Below the pieces are notes generated by a model that saw only the letters and a list, made by a program, of their open reading frames with translations, was not told where the DNA came from and ran no database searches. Positions 25,663-33,568 of a DNA stretch of 40,660 nt are shown in pieces (position 1 is the stretch's first letter; every line of letters starts with the position of its first letter). The position numbers were made by a program, and so were the translations under genes. Location of the stretch: positions 1 through 40,660 of the IMG/VR virus record IMGVR_UViG_3300049166_000011; one strand, written 5' to 3'. The stretch is from a virus (taxonomy: Duplodnaviria > Caudoviricetes).

Positions 25663-26711
25663 GACAGGAACCTTGCTTTCAGCTCTTCGTCGGTGTGGGC
25701 GTTGTAGAAGTCGGCGTCAGCAACGGGGGCGCGAGAGCCACCGACGACGTTTCCGGGTCCGGTGCGGCGGAGCGGGGTGACGTTGGAGGCGTTCATGACC
25801 TCGTTGACGACACTGGGGAGCGTCGAGGGGTGGATGCCCTTGGTGGCCCACGCAGCGAGTCCACGGCGAACGTCCTCATAGGCGATGGGTTCAGCGAGCA
25901 TCTGCTTGAGGAGCTTGCCGACCTGACCGATGACCTGGCCGGGGGGTCGCTTGTTGCAGTGGTCGATCCACTCGGCGATGAGGGTTCCGGCGTTCGCGTC
26001 GATGGTGGCGTCGTCGGGGCGCGCGGCTTCGCCCCGCTCCGAAGGAGCGGAACTCCCCTGTTCCCCTGTTCCCCTGTTCCCCTGTTCCCCTGTTCCAGGG
26101 CCGGAGGTTTGCGGAGCTTCCGCCGCACCCTGACGGAAGATGTCGGAAGTTCCGCCACTCCCCAGGTCAAGGACCATTTGGGGGTTCTCGAAGGGGGATT
26201 CGGCTCCCGAGACGCCCCGCTGGGGGGTGTTCTCAGCCTCGGGAGCCACGCCAGGGTTTCCGGCGTCTTCCGCAGGGGCGTTTCCGCCTTCCGCCACACC
26301 CCGGCGGAGAGTCGCGGAAGTTCCGCTACTGCGCTGGTCAGACCCAAGAAAGTCCCACTTATCGCCCTCTTCGGGGGCGGGGTACTTCGACTTGGCGGTG
26401 CGCTCGTTGCGCTGGTGCCTCTTCCAGGACGGGATGGCGTAGTACGGCCGACCGCCGACCTTGTAGAAGGTCACGTCGTACTGGTCGCGGACCTCGGCGA
26501 GGGTGCTCTTGAACCCGGCCATGGTGGCGACCGCGTCGTCCTCGTCGTAGGGGAACGCGAACGCCTGGAGTTCGCGGAGCTGGCAAGTGCCGCGACCGGC
26601 GTCGTCGGCCCAGTTCCACATGGCGATGAACAGCAGTCGAGACCAGGGGCTGGTGGTCTCGATGCCCGGAGAGGACCAGAACTCCGGCTTGATAGTGCGG
26701 ATACGCGGCAT
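25659..26711 (-). CDS. Phage replication initiator (replisome organiser)
   Basis: MPRIRTIKPEFW...RLLFIAMWNWADDAGR...WKRHQ; internal repeats; directly before loader and helicase. Confidence 0.85.
   Translation of the reverse strand: MPRIRTIKPEFWSSPGIETTSPWSRLLFIAMWNWADDAGRGTCQLRELQAFAFPYDEDDAVATMAGFKSTLAEVRDQYDVTFYKVGGRPYYAIPSWKRHQRNERTAKSKYPAPEEGDKWDFLGSDQRSSGTSATLRRGVAEGGNAPAEDAGNPGVAPEAENTPQRGVSGAESPFENPQMVLDLGSGGTSDIFRQGAAEAPQTSGPGTGEQGNRGTGEQGSSAPSERGEAARPDDATIDANAGTLIAEWIDHCNKRPPGQVIGQVGKLLKQMLAEPIAYEDVRRGLAAWATKGIHPSTLPSVVNEVMNASNVTPLRRTGPGNVVGGSRAPVADADFYNAHTDEELKARFLS
26055..26096. repeat. Five tandem CCCCTGTT copies inside the initiator gene
   Basis: Exact copies at 26055, 26063, 26071, 26079, 26087. 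Confidence 0.95.
26117..26330. repeat. Two imperfect ~43-bp direct repeats with CGGAAGTTCCG cores (putative origin iterons)
   Basis: 26117-26159 and 26288-26330. Confidence 0.7.
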
Positions 26712-27016
26712 CAGACCGTCGCCCCTTTCTTGCCGCTGCAGGGGCCACACAGGGAATGGAGGTTGTCCGGGTCGCTGAATGCGCCGCCTGCTGAGATCGG
26801 GTGGATGTGGTCGACGACCAGCAGCCGGTGAATCTCTTCGCCAGGCCACGTCTCGTGCGGTCCTCGGATGCCGATGACCTCGTAGAGCGCGTTCTTGCCG
26901 TCATAGTCGGCAGGTGGTACGCCGGGCGACCAGCCGCATGTGCGGCAGGCATAGTTGTCGCGCTTGTAGACCTCGCGGCGGATTCGCGGCGGCATCTTCG
27001 GTCGTCTGCGGGCCAT
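26711..27016 (-). CDS. HNH endonuclease
   Basis: RDNYACRTCG...VDHIHPISAGG...NLHSLCGPC. Confidence 0.88.
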   Translation of the reverse strand: MARRRPKMPPRIRREVYKRDNYACRTCGWSPGVPPADYDGKNALYEVIGIRGPHETWPGEEIHRLLVVDHIHPISAGGAFSDPDNLHSLCGPCSGKKGATV

Positions 27017-27072
27017 GTGTGGCGCCCCCGTGGTGTTCGGTTCGGTTTGGACGGTGGGGGTGGGTGCCGGGG

Positions 27073-27321
27073 TCAGGCGGCGGGTGCGTGGAGTTCGCGG
27101 TGCCTGTGCACCCGGAACCGTGGCGTTGCGGACGGCCTGCGGAGCTGTTCGGCGTCGATCAGGTCGTCGAGCTCGCGGTGAAGCTGGCCGCGGAGGAGTT
27201 CGAGGGCTTCGATGACTTCGCGGGCGGGCCGGTCGTGGCGTGCGATGTCGTCCGCGACCGTCTTCGCGAGGCGTTCGGTGGCGGCGTGCTGGTCGAGGAT
27301 CGCGGTCTCCAGCGGGGTCAC
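27073..27321 (-). CDS. Hypothetical protein, 82 aa
   Basis: GTGA coupling; GGAGG RBS. Confidence 0.65.
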   Translation of the reverse strand: MTPLETAILDQHAATERLAKTVADDIARHDRPAREVIEALELLRGQLHRELDDLIDAEQLRRPSATPRFRVHRHRELHAPAA

Positions 27322-27740
27322 TTCGCCGCCTCCGCCCGCTCGCAGCTGGTGAGGGTGGTGGTGCCGCTTCCCAGATCGATGACCACGGCTGTCTGCTCGA
27401 TGGGCCGCTCGTAGGCGGCGGGGAGGCGTCGGAGCTTGTTCGCGATGCGGCTGTGGTCGCGGGACCAGAACGCGTCCTCGATGTCCCAGTAGCCGGGGGC
27501 GAGGACGACGACGGCTTCGATGCCCTGGTCGGTCATGACGTCGACGGCGACGCTGACTTCCGGCATGAAGTGGTCGTGTTCCTTGACGCGGTCGGCGCAC
27601 ATGTTCTTGGTGGCGGCGCGGAGAATCCAGTCGGGCGCGTTGACGTTGATGGGGTCGATGTGGACGGTGTGGGTGACCATGTGGTCTTGGCACTGGTCGG
27701 TTTCGGGGTGGTGCTCGATGGTGAGTCGGCAGGTGTTCAC
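27318..27740 (-). CDS. Hypothetical protein, 140 aa
   Basis: AGGA RBS before GTG. Confidence 0.65.
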   Translation of the reverse strand: MNTCRLTIEHHPETDQCQDHMVTHTVHIDPINVNAPDWILRAATKNMCADRVKEHDHFMPEVSVAVDVMTDQGIEAVVVLAPGYWDIEDAFWSRDHSRIANKLRRLPAAYERPIEQTAVVIDLGSGTTTLTSCERAEAAK

Positions 27741-27835
27741 GGCTGTCCTTCCTGGTCGGTGTGTGTGGTGCCCGTCCACGGTTTGCACGTGGTCCCCGGC
27801 TGCCCGTGGTGACGGGTCCGGTCGGGCTAGAGGGG

Positions 27836-28060
27836 TCAGGCTGTGTTCGGGTTCGCGCGGTCGGCTTCTTCGGCGTTGAGCCTGCGGACGCAGCGTGGGC
27901 AGTTGACGGAGGCGTCGGCCGGGAGCGCGTGATCTCCGGCGTTGGTGTTCGCGACGTAGTCGCAAGCGGTAATGAGGTCGTAGTCGCGGTCCTGGTAGGT
28001 GCGTGCGGCGTGGGTGTTGCGTCCTCCTCGGACGCGGACTCGGTGGGTGTATCGGCTCAC
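27836..28060 (-). CDS. Small Zn-binding protein, 74 aa
   Basis: H...TAC...NCPRC; AAGGAG RBS. Confidence 0.7.
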   Translation of the reverse strand: MSRYTHRVRVRGGRNTHAARTYQDRDYDLITACDYVANTNAGDHALPADASVNCPRCVRRLNAEEADRANPNTA

Positions 28061-28113
28061 GGGTTCTCCTTGGGTTCGGGGGGCTGCCCGGCGGCAGGCA
28101 GCCCCAGAGGGGG

Positions 28114-28449
28114 TCAGCGGGTGGCTTCGTGGACGTCGTCGCAGAACACGAAGTGGCGCCCGTCCTCGTTGCGGTACGCACGGACCGTCGCGAGCCGGTT
28201 GAGCTTGGCCTTGAGGGCGGCGTTCTCCGCGAGGAGCGCCGTCAGGTCAGCGGGGGCGTGCGCGATCAGGTCCGCGAGTGCCTCCCCGTAGTCGGGGACG
28301 GTCGCGATGAGTCCGGCCTGCGGGTTGTCAGTGGTGTAGGAGACGGTCCACGTGCGGGAGGCGTCGTCCTCGTAAGACCAGTCGGTGCCGTAACCGGAGA
28401 TGAGAGCGAGGCGTTCGCGGATGGCGTCGGTGTCAGTGGTCGTGCTCAT
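28114..28449 (-). CDS. Hypothetical protein (Ead/Ea22-like motif)
   Basis: ADLIAHAPADLTALLAENAALK; AGGAG RBS. Confidence 0.7.
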   Translation of the reverse strand: MSTTTDTDAIRERLALISGYGTDWSYEDDASRTWTVSYTTDNPQAGLIATVPDYGEALADLIAHAPADLTALLAENAALKAKLNRLATVRAYRNEDGRHFVFCDDVHEATR

Positions 28450-28582
28450 GTGCGCTCCTAGGCGTCTTCGTGGGTGATCTCGTGCTCATACGGGTTTTCG
28501 GTGGTGCCGGGCTGCTCCACACGGGCTCCTCGGTACAGTCGGCGTGCGGGCCCCGGGAGATAGGCGCTTCCGGGGCCCGTCC

Positions 28583-28780
28583 TCACGTGCGGGTGATCGT
28601 GGACTTGTCTTCGAGCGGGGCGAGCACGATGCGCTTCCCGTCCGGGGTTCGGATCACGTAGTGGTGCACACCGGCCACCTGGTAGGCGTCGACGATGCGG
28701 CCGGTGAGGGTCACAGACACCTGCGCGTCGCGGGACAGGGTGGCGAGCAGCGTGTCCTGGGTGTCAGCGAGCCGCAGCAT
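28583..28780 (-). CDS. Hypothetical protein, 65 aa
   Basis: AGGAGG RBS; MLRLADTQ. Confidence 0.65.
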   Translation of the reverse strand: MLRLADTQDTLLATLSRDAQVSVTLTGRIVDAYQVAGVHHYVIRTPDGKRIVLAPLEDKSTITRT

Positions 28781-29087
28781 CAGCCACCTCCTGGTGGGCG
28801 ATGGGTCGGGTGGCTGGGCACTTCCGGCAGTACTGGCGGGTGAATTGGAGCAAGTCCTCAGCGCTGTTCGGGTCGTACCAGTCGTGGCTGGTCTGCTCGC
28901 ACTGGTGGCGGCGGGTGCAGTCGCGGCAGCGCAGGATTCCGTCCTCGTCGGTCCACTCCCAGTCCTTGACGAGCCGAGCGATGGCCTCCTCGCGGGTGGG
29001 GAAATGCGGGGTGTACTCGGCGTCCTCAAAGGGCTTGCAGCCGGGGGTGTCGCACTCGGGGATGTAGCAGGTGTGGGCGCGGATCAT
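28764..29087 (-). CDS. Cys-rich Zn-binding protein, 107 aa
   Basis: CDTPGC, CRDC, CRKC; AGGAGG RBS. Confidence 0.7.
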   Translation of the reverse strand: MIRAHTCYIPECDTPGCKPFEDAEYTPHFPTREEAIARLVKDWEWTDEDGILRCRDCTRRHQCEQTSHDWYDPNSAEDLLQFTRQYCRKCPATRPIAHQEVADAAAR

Positions 29088-29099
29088 GGGTGCCTCCTG

Positions 29100-29417
29100 T
29101 CAGCGCAGGGCGTCGCGGACGCCGTAGGTGTCGGCCTCGCTGGGGTGCGAGTACGCGGTGAGCAGGTCGAGAACCTCGTTGAAGGTGGCCTGGCGGACGG
29201 CCTCCTTGCCGAAGTCGGCGTGGGACTGTTCGGCGTCGTCCTTGAGGCCGATGACGCGGGCGCGCATCTCGGCGACGATCGCGGCGGCGACGGCGTTGGG
29301 CAGGTCCTTTTCGGCGATGTCCCAGTTGGTGGGCTGCCAGCCGTCTTCGATGGAACAGGCCATCTGGGTGCGGGCGACGTCGACGGCGGTGGCGGGGCGG
29401 GTCTGCTGCTCGCTCAT
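29100..29417 (-). CDS. Hypothetical protein, 105 aa; first gene after the internal promoter
   Basis: AAGGAG RBS. Confidence 0.75.
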   Translation of the reverse strand: MSEQQTRPATAVDVARTQMACSIEDGWQPTNWDIAEKDLPNAVAAAIVAEMRARVIGLKDDAEQSHADFGKEAVRQATFNEVLDLLTAYSHPSEADTYGVRDALR

Positions 29418-29543
29418 GTGTGTCTCCTTCGGAAAGTTTTCGCGGAAACTTTCTCGTTTCCGCAGGTCAGAAAGTTTTCGGGGAAAAGGAACCTACGATT
29501 ACTACTAATTGCGGGGTGGGCGTCTCCACCCTCCGTGAGCACT

Positions 29544-29599
29544 ACTGTAGCCACAGTGTAGCCACGGAGCAAGCCATGTGAGAGACTTCCTGTAGCCAC
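29544..29599 (-). promoter_or_regulatory. Leftward promoter TTGCTC-N17-TACAGT with three TGTAGCCAC repeats
   Basis: -35 at 29572-29567, -10 at 29549-29544; repeats at 29546, 29557, 29591. Confidence 0.7.
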
Positions 29600-29664
29600 A
29601 AACCAGAGCGGCCCCAGAAGACTGAAATCTCAGGGGCCGCACCTCCCGGCCAGAGAGAGCCACC

Positions 29665-29844
29665 ATGAGTACCGACACCGCGCTTCGCCGTTTCCGGACC
29701 ACCGACGACCTGTGGAAGCGCTTCGAGGAAGCAGTGCAGCAAGCCGACCCGGAAGCAGACCGATCGAAAGTGCTGCGGAACTTCATCCGCTGGTACATCG
29801 GGGAGCCCGGCGCGAAGCTCCCCGAGCGCCCCGCTGACGTGTAG
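29665..29844 (+). CDS. 59-aa ribbon-helix-helix (Arc/CopG-like) regulator (not in ORF track)
   Basis: MSTDTALRRFRTTDDLWKRFEEAVQQADPEADRSKVLRNFIRWYIGEPGAKLPERPADV; own terminator. Confidence 0.8.
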   Translation: MSTDTALRRFRTTDDLWKRFEEAVQQADPEADRSKVLRNFIRWYIGEPGAKLPERPADV

Positions 29845-29861
29845 CCGTCCCCGCCGTGATC

Positions 29862-29884
29862 AGCCCGCCTGCGTGCGGGCTTTT
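29862..29884 (+). terminator. Terminator after the RHH gene
   Basis: AGCCCGC-CTGCGT-GCGGGCT TTT. Confidence 0.7.
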
Positions 29885-29893
29885 CGGCGTGCG

Positions 29894-30094
29894 TCACGGC
29901 CACTGCCCGTCCGTGGGAGCCTTCCGCACCAGCTCCGCCGCGTAGTCCTGTCCGGCTTCGTCGAGCATCACGGCGAGGATCGCGGAGTGCCGTTCGCGGA
30001 TGCGGCGTGCTTCCTCGGCGTCGGGGTCGTACTGGCTGGTCCAGTCGGGTGCGCGGAACACGCTGCCGTAGTCGTGCGTCAGATGCTTCGCCAC
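29894..30094 (-). CDS. Hypothetical protein, 66 aa
   Basis: AGGAGG RBS before GTG. Confidence 0.65.
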   Translation of the reverse strand: MAKHLTHDYGSVFRAPDWTSQYDPDAEEARRIRERHSAILAVMLDEAGQDYAAELVRKAPTDGQWP

Positions 30095-30324
30095 GGGACG
30101 ACCTCCTGAAATCCGACCACCAGGCGGTCTCCGTCGATGTGAACAACCAACGGGTCGTGGTCGGGAGACTCTGCGTGGATCGCCTTGGCCTCGGCGAGGA
30201 TCGCTTCAAGGCACTCGATGCCGATGCCGTGCTTGCCGGCGTCGGGGATGACCCAGCGGCGCTGGCGGACGTAGATGTCGACGGGCCGGTCGGGCCACTC
30301 ATTGATGTGGTCGGGCTGGTTCAC
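30079..30324 (-). CDS. Hypothetical protein, 81 aa
   Basis: GTGA coupling; AGGAGG RBS. Confidence 0.65.
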   Translation of the reverse strand: MNQPDHINEWPDRPVDIYVRQRRWVIPDAGKHGIGIECLEAILAEAKAIHAESPDHDPLVVHIDGDRLVVGFQEVVPWRSI

Positions 30325-30764
30325 TTCTTGCCTCCTGCGATGATGAGCGCCGCCACCCACAGGCACGTGTGGTGGAGGGCTTGGTCTACGTGCGCGCCGC
30401 CGCCCCGCTGCCTGAAGTCGGCGGACCCGGTGTTGTCCATCCAGAGGCGGACGGGCCACCTGCGGTCGATCACGGCGTGCGTGGCGGCGCTGATGGCGAT
30501 CCCGGCGAGGACGCGTCCGGGACGCAGACGCAGCCCCAGGACCCGGTTGGTGACGAGCAGACCAGCGGCCTGCACGGCGTGGTAGCTGGCAATGTGCCCG
30601 GCGAGAGCCCGCCACGACTCGGACTCGGAGCACACGACATCACCGCGGTCGGACTTCGCGGGCTTGCACGCGGCTTGGCGGTCGGTCTGGAGCAGGTAGT
30701 CGCCGGCGTGGTGCATCGCGGTGAGGGTGGCGGCGACGGCGGCGAAGCGGGAAGCGGTGGTCAT
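30321..30764 (-). CDS. DUF3307-like membrane protein
   Basis: HHAGDYLLQT..QA..K, HAVIDRR, DQALH. Confidence 0.75.
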   Translation of the reverse strand: MTTASRFAAVAATLTAMHHAGDYLLQTDRQAACKPAKSDRGDVVCSESESWRALAGHIASYHAVQAAGLLVTNRVLGLRLRPGRVLAGIAISAATHAVIDRRWPVRLWMDNTGSADFRQRGGGAHVDQALHHTCLWVAALIIAGGKK

Positions 30765-30970
30765 CGTGAGGTCTCCAGGAAGGCGTGAAGGGCGGAGGCG
30801 CGGCGCTGCTGCACGATCGCGATGGCGAAACCGGTGGCGGCAATGGCCTGCCAAATGAGCGTCGACCACTCGCCACCGGCGATGGAGAGACCCCCACCGA
30901 CGATGGCCATGAGGATGACGAAGCTGGCGGCGATGGTGTGGATACGGTCTGGGATGCGGGTGGTGGTCAT
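30761..30970 (-). CDS. Small two-TM membrane protein
   Basis: Two hydrophobic helices in 69 aa. Confidence 0.7.
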   Translation of the reverse strand: MTTTRIPDRIHTIAASFVILMAIVGGGLSIAGGEWSTLIWQAIAATGFAIAIVQQRRASALHAFLETSR

Positions 30971-31037
30971 GTCCCCCCTTGGGGGTTGGGCCCGCCGTGC
31001 CTATGGCGCTCCGAAGACACGGCGGGCAGTCATGGGG

Positions 31038-31814
31038 TCAAGCGGCGGTCGTGTGTGACTGCGTCACGATGTCGGCGGTCAGCCCCGCATCAGCCAGGAG
31101 CTTGCGAGCGGCTTCGATCGCGGCCTGACCCGACCGGGTGTCCTCCACCGCCCGAGGCAGGGCAGCCGGGTCGTCGATGTCCACGCCCTCCCACGCCTCC
31201 GAGCCCAGCCACCCGCGAAGCCGGGCGTTCTCCCGCACCTGCGCGGCCAGCGACCCCGGCGCCTCCTCCAACAGAAGCGGGTACAGGTCCGATAGCCTCT
31301 CCGCGGCGTCCCTGGGGACCGGGCGGACCGTGCGGCCCCGCCAGTCCGACAGGGCACTGGAGGACACCCCGCCTATCCGGGCGGCGATCATCGCGGTGCC
31401 GTGGCCAACGACGGCGAGGGCGCGGAGGCGACGCTGGGTGCCGAACCCGGGGACCCGAGCGGGTCTGGGATGGACCTGCTTCTCCTTGGGCTGCTGGGGG
31501 CGGCGCGTGTCGCTGGCCTTGCGGATGCGTCGGCGCCTCTCCGCGTGGCGTTCGTCCTCACCCATGCCGCCCCACACCCCGTAGTGCTCAGGGGTGGTGA
31601 GCGCGTACTCGGCGCAGGTGACGCGGACGGGACACCATCCGCAGATCTCCTTCGCCTGCCGCTCGCGGGCTTCGCGGGCTTCCTGGCGCTCACCGTCGGG
31701 GGCGAAGAACACGGCCTGGTCGTCGTCGTGGCAGGCGGCTTCGGTGGTCCAGTCCCACTGGCGGATGTCCGCGAGGGGGGTGGTGCCCTGCGGTGCGGTG
31801 CGGACGTGCCTCAT
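31038..31814 (-). CDS. WhiB-family regulator fused to a C-terminal HTH-like domain
   Basis: W...AAC...FF...ICGWCPVRVTC...GVWGG, then GTQRRLRAL...GW...IDDP. Confidence 0.85.
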   Translation of the reverse strand: MRHVRTAPQGTTPLADIRQWDWTTEAACHDDDQAVFFAPDGERQEAREARERQAKEICGWCPVRVTCAEYALTTPEHYGVWGGMGEDERHAERRRRIRKASDTRRPQQPKEKQVHPRPARVPGFGTQRRLRALAVVGHGTAMIAARIGGVSSSALSDWRGRTVRPVPRDAAERLSDLYPLLLEEAPGSLAAQVRENARLRGWLGSEAWEGVDIDDPAALPRAVEDTRSGQAAIEAARKLLADAGLTADIVTQSHTTAA

Positions 31815-32080
31815 CGTCGGGGTCCCCTTTCGCCTGCGTAGCGGCCCCACACCTGGTGGACACCGTCCTTGGTGGTGATCGGCTCGGCTTCGTAGCGGTG
31901 AGCCCCGTAGGCGGGGTACTTGCCGTTGCGGATGCTGGACGCGATGGACGACGCGGTTTTGCGGCTGCCGTAGTCGCCGACGTGCACCCACTCGTCGGTG
32001 TTGCGCATGGTCGCGGCGAGCCGGTAGTGGGGGGAGGTGCGACGCCCGTGGTCGACGGGGAGGGTTGCGGAGGTTCTCAC
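31811..32080 (-). CDS. Hypothetical protein, 89 aa
   Basis: GTGA coupling; GGAGG RBS. Confidence 0.7.
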   Translation of the reverse strand: MRTSATLPVDHGRRTSPHYRLAATMRNTDEWVHVGDYGSRKTASSIASSIRNGKYPAYGAHRYEAEPITTKDGVHQVWGRYAGERGPRR

Positions 32081-32598
32081 TGGGCCACCTCCAGCTCCGG
32101 CCACGCCACAGCCGCCATCGCCCGCTGACGCTCCGGCGACAGGCACCAGTTGTTCAACCACCCGGCGCCCATCTCCGCGAGCGCGAGCGCGTCCGCCTCG
32201 TCAAACCGCTTCTTCGCGAGGAACTCGCCGTCGTCGTGACGGCGGTCCATCGCGGCGGCCACGTCCTCCTTCGAGGCGTTGCCCTTCCCGGTCGCCCACA
32301 GCTTCAGCGACGACGGCGGGACGAGCACGTAGGGGATGTCGGCCCGGTCGAGGAGGTCGTAGATCATCCACCGGAGCGCGACCAGCTCTTCGTGCTGGCG
32401 CATGCCTGAGTGCCCGTAGGAGGGGCCTTCGATGACCGCGAGCGTGCTTCCGAGCGTGTAGGTGCGCAGCTCGTTGAGGATGTGCCGGAGCCTGGGGAGG
32501 CCTCGGAGCTTCTTGGTCTTGATGGCTTCGGTCCACCCGAGGGGGGACGCGACGCCTGTGCTGGTGAGGCTGGGGTCGATGCCGATGACCTTGGTCAT
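32077..32598 (-). CDS. ruvC: RuvC-like Holliday junction resolvase
   Basis: IGIDPSLTSTG, VIEG, LKLWATGKGNASK, DEADALAL. Confidence 0.9.
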   Translation of the reverse strand: MTKVIGIDPSLTSTGVASPLGWTEAIKTKKLRGLPRLRHILNELRTYTLGSTLAVIEGPSYGHSGMRQHEELVALRWMIYDLLDRADIPYVLVPPSSLKLWATGKGNASKEDVAAAMDRRHDDGEFLAKKRFDEADALALAEMGAGWLNNWCLSPERQRAMAAVAWPELEVAQ

Positions 32599-32658
32599 GT
32601 GTGCTCCTTCGGGGGTGGGCGGCCCCGGCCCCCGCTCGGGGCCGCCCTAGGGGGCTGG

Positions 32659-33342
32659 TCAGATGCGCTGCTGTGCGAGGCGCCCGGCCTCAGCCATCAC
32701 CGTCGGGACGCCGTACCGCTTCATGGCGTCGCGGAGGGTGCGGGTCAGGCTGCTGTCACGCGGGGCGGGGGTGTCGCCGGAAGGACTGGTCAGCGACGCG
32801 TCACGGACGATGCGCGCGGCGTCCTTCCCGGCGTGCTGGCCAGCGAGAGCCCACTCGGCGGTGTCTTCTGCGAGCAGCGCCTTGACAGCGGCTTCGCGCA
32901 TGTCCTCGACGCCCCGCGAGTAGGAGCGGGCCTCACGGTCGTCGGCCGCTCCCTGAGCACCGCTCGTGATCTCGACCGGGACGTAGGGGATGCCGGAGCG
33001 CACCGCGATTCGGAGCCGGTGATGCCCGCCCCAGAGGCGCCCGTCGTTGCCGACCAGGACGGGCATGGTGATGCCGTTCTCGCGGATCTGCGCTTCCAGC
33101 TTCTCCAGGTAGCCGGTGGCCGCGTGACGCTCATCGAGGTCAGCCCACTCCTCCTCCCAGGTCCAGTCCTGGGAGCCGCAGCGGACCTCGGAGAGGACGC
33201 GGGCGAGGGGCCAGACCTGCACGCTGGTGGCCGACTCCAGATCGGCGGTCAGCGCCTTCACGTCCTCACGCAGCCGGACCACCTCGGCGGCCAGCTCCTC
33301 CGGCGACTCGTACACCGGGCCGACCCTGTCGATCTCACTCAT
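32659..33342 (-). CDS. ParB/Srx N-terminal domain protein
   Basis: IRENGITMPVLV...LWGGHHRL...GIPYVPV; AAGGAG RBS. Confidence 0.7.
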   Translation of the reverse strand: MSEIDRVGPVYESPEELAAEVVRLREDVKALTADLESATSVQVWPLARVLSEVRCGSQDWTWEEEWADLDERHAATGYLEKLEAQIRENGITMPVLVGNDGRLWGGHHRLRIAVRSGIPYVPVEITSGAQGAADDREARSYSRGVEDMREAAVKALLAEDTAEWALAGQHAGKDAARIVRDASLTSPSGDTPAPRDSSLTRTLRDAMKRYGVPTVMAEAGRLAQQRI

Positions 33343-33568
33343 CGGGGGTCTCCTTCTTGGCCTGCGCACGGTCCACGAGCGCTTCCAGGTACTCAGCGGG
33401 CGACATCCCGACAGCCCACACGTGCGCGGTCCGCGCTTCCTCAGCGGCGGCGGCTTCCATGTCGCGGTGCCGGGGCGGCCCCCACCGGAGTGCCGGAGGC
33501 GGGGTGGGGGACGACACCAGCTGGGTGCCACGGCGGGCGATCTCAGCTGCTTCACGCGCGCCCATCAC
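33335..33568 (-). CDS. Hypothetical protein, 77 aa
   Basis: Overlaps both neighbours. Confidence 0.6.
   Translation of the reverse strand: MMGAREAAEIARRGTQLVSSPTPPPALRWGPPRHRDMEAAAAEEARTAHVWAVGMSPAEYLEALVDRAQAKKETPDE

Noticed and set aside
26055-26096. Tandem repeat as a CRISPR array
   Set aside because: 8-bp units with no spacers; no cas genes
22488-27016. Methyltransferase plus HNH as a restriction-modification system
   Set aside because: Not adjacent; both are common solitary phage genes
29414-29742. Minus-strand ORFs 29414-29599 and 29542-29742
   Set aside because: They overlie the promoter, repeats and the better-supported plus-strand RHH gene
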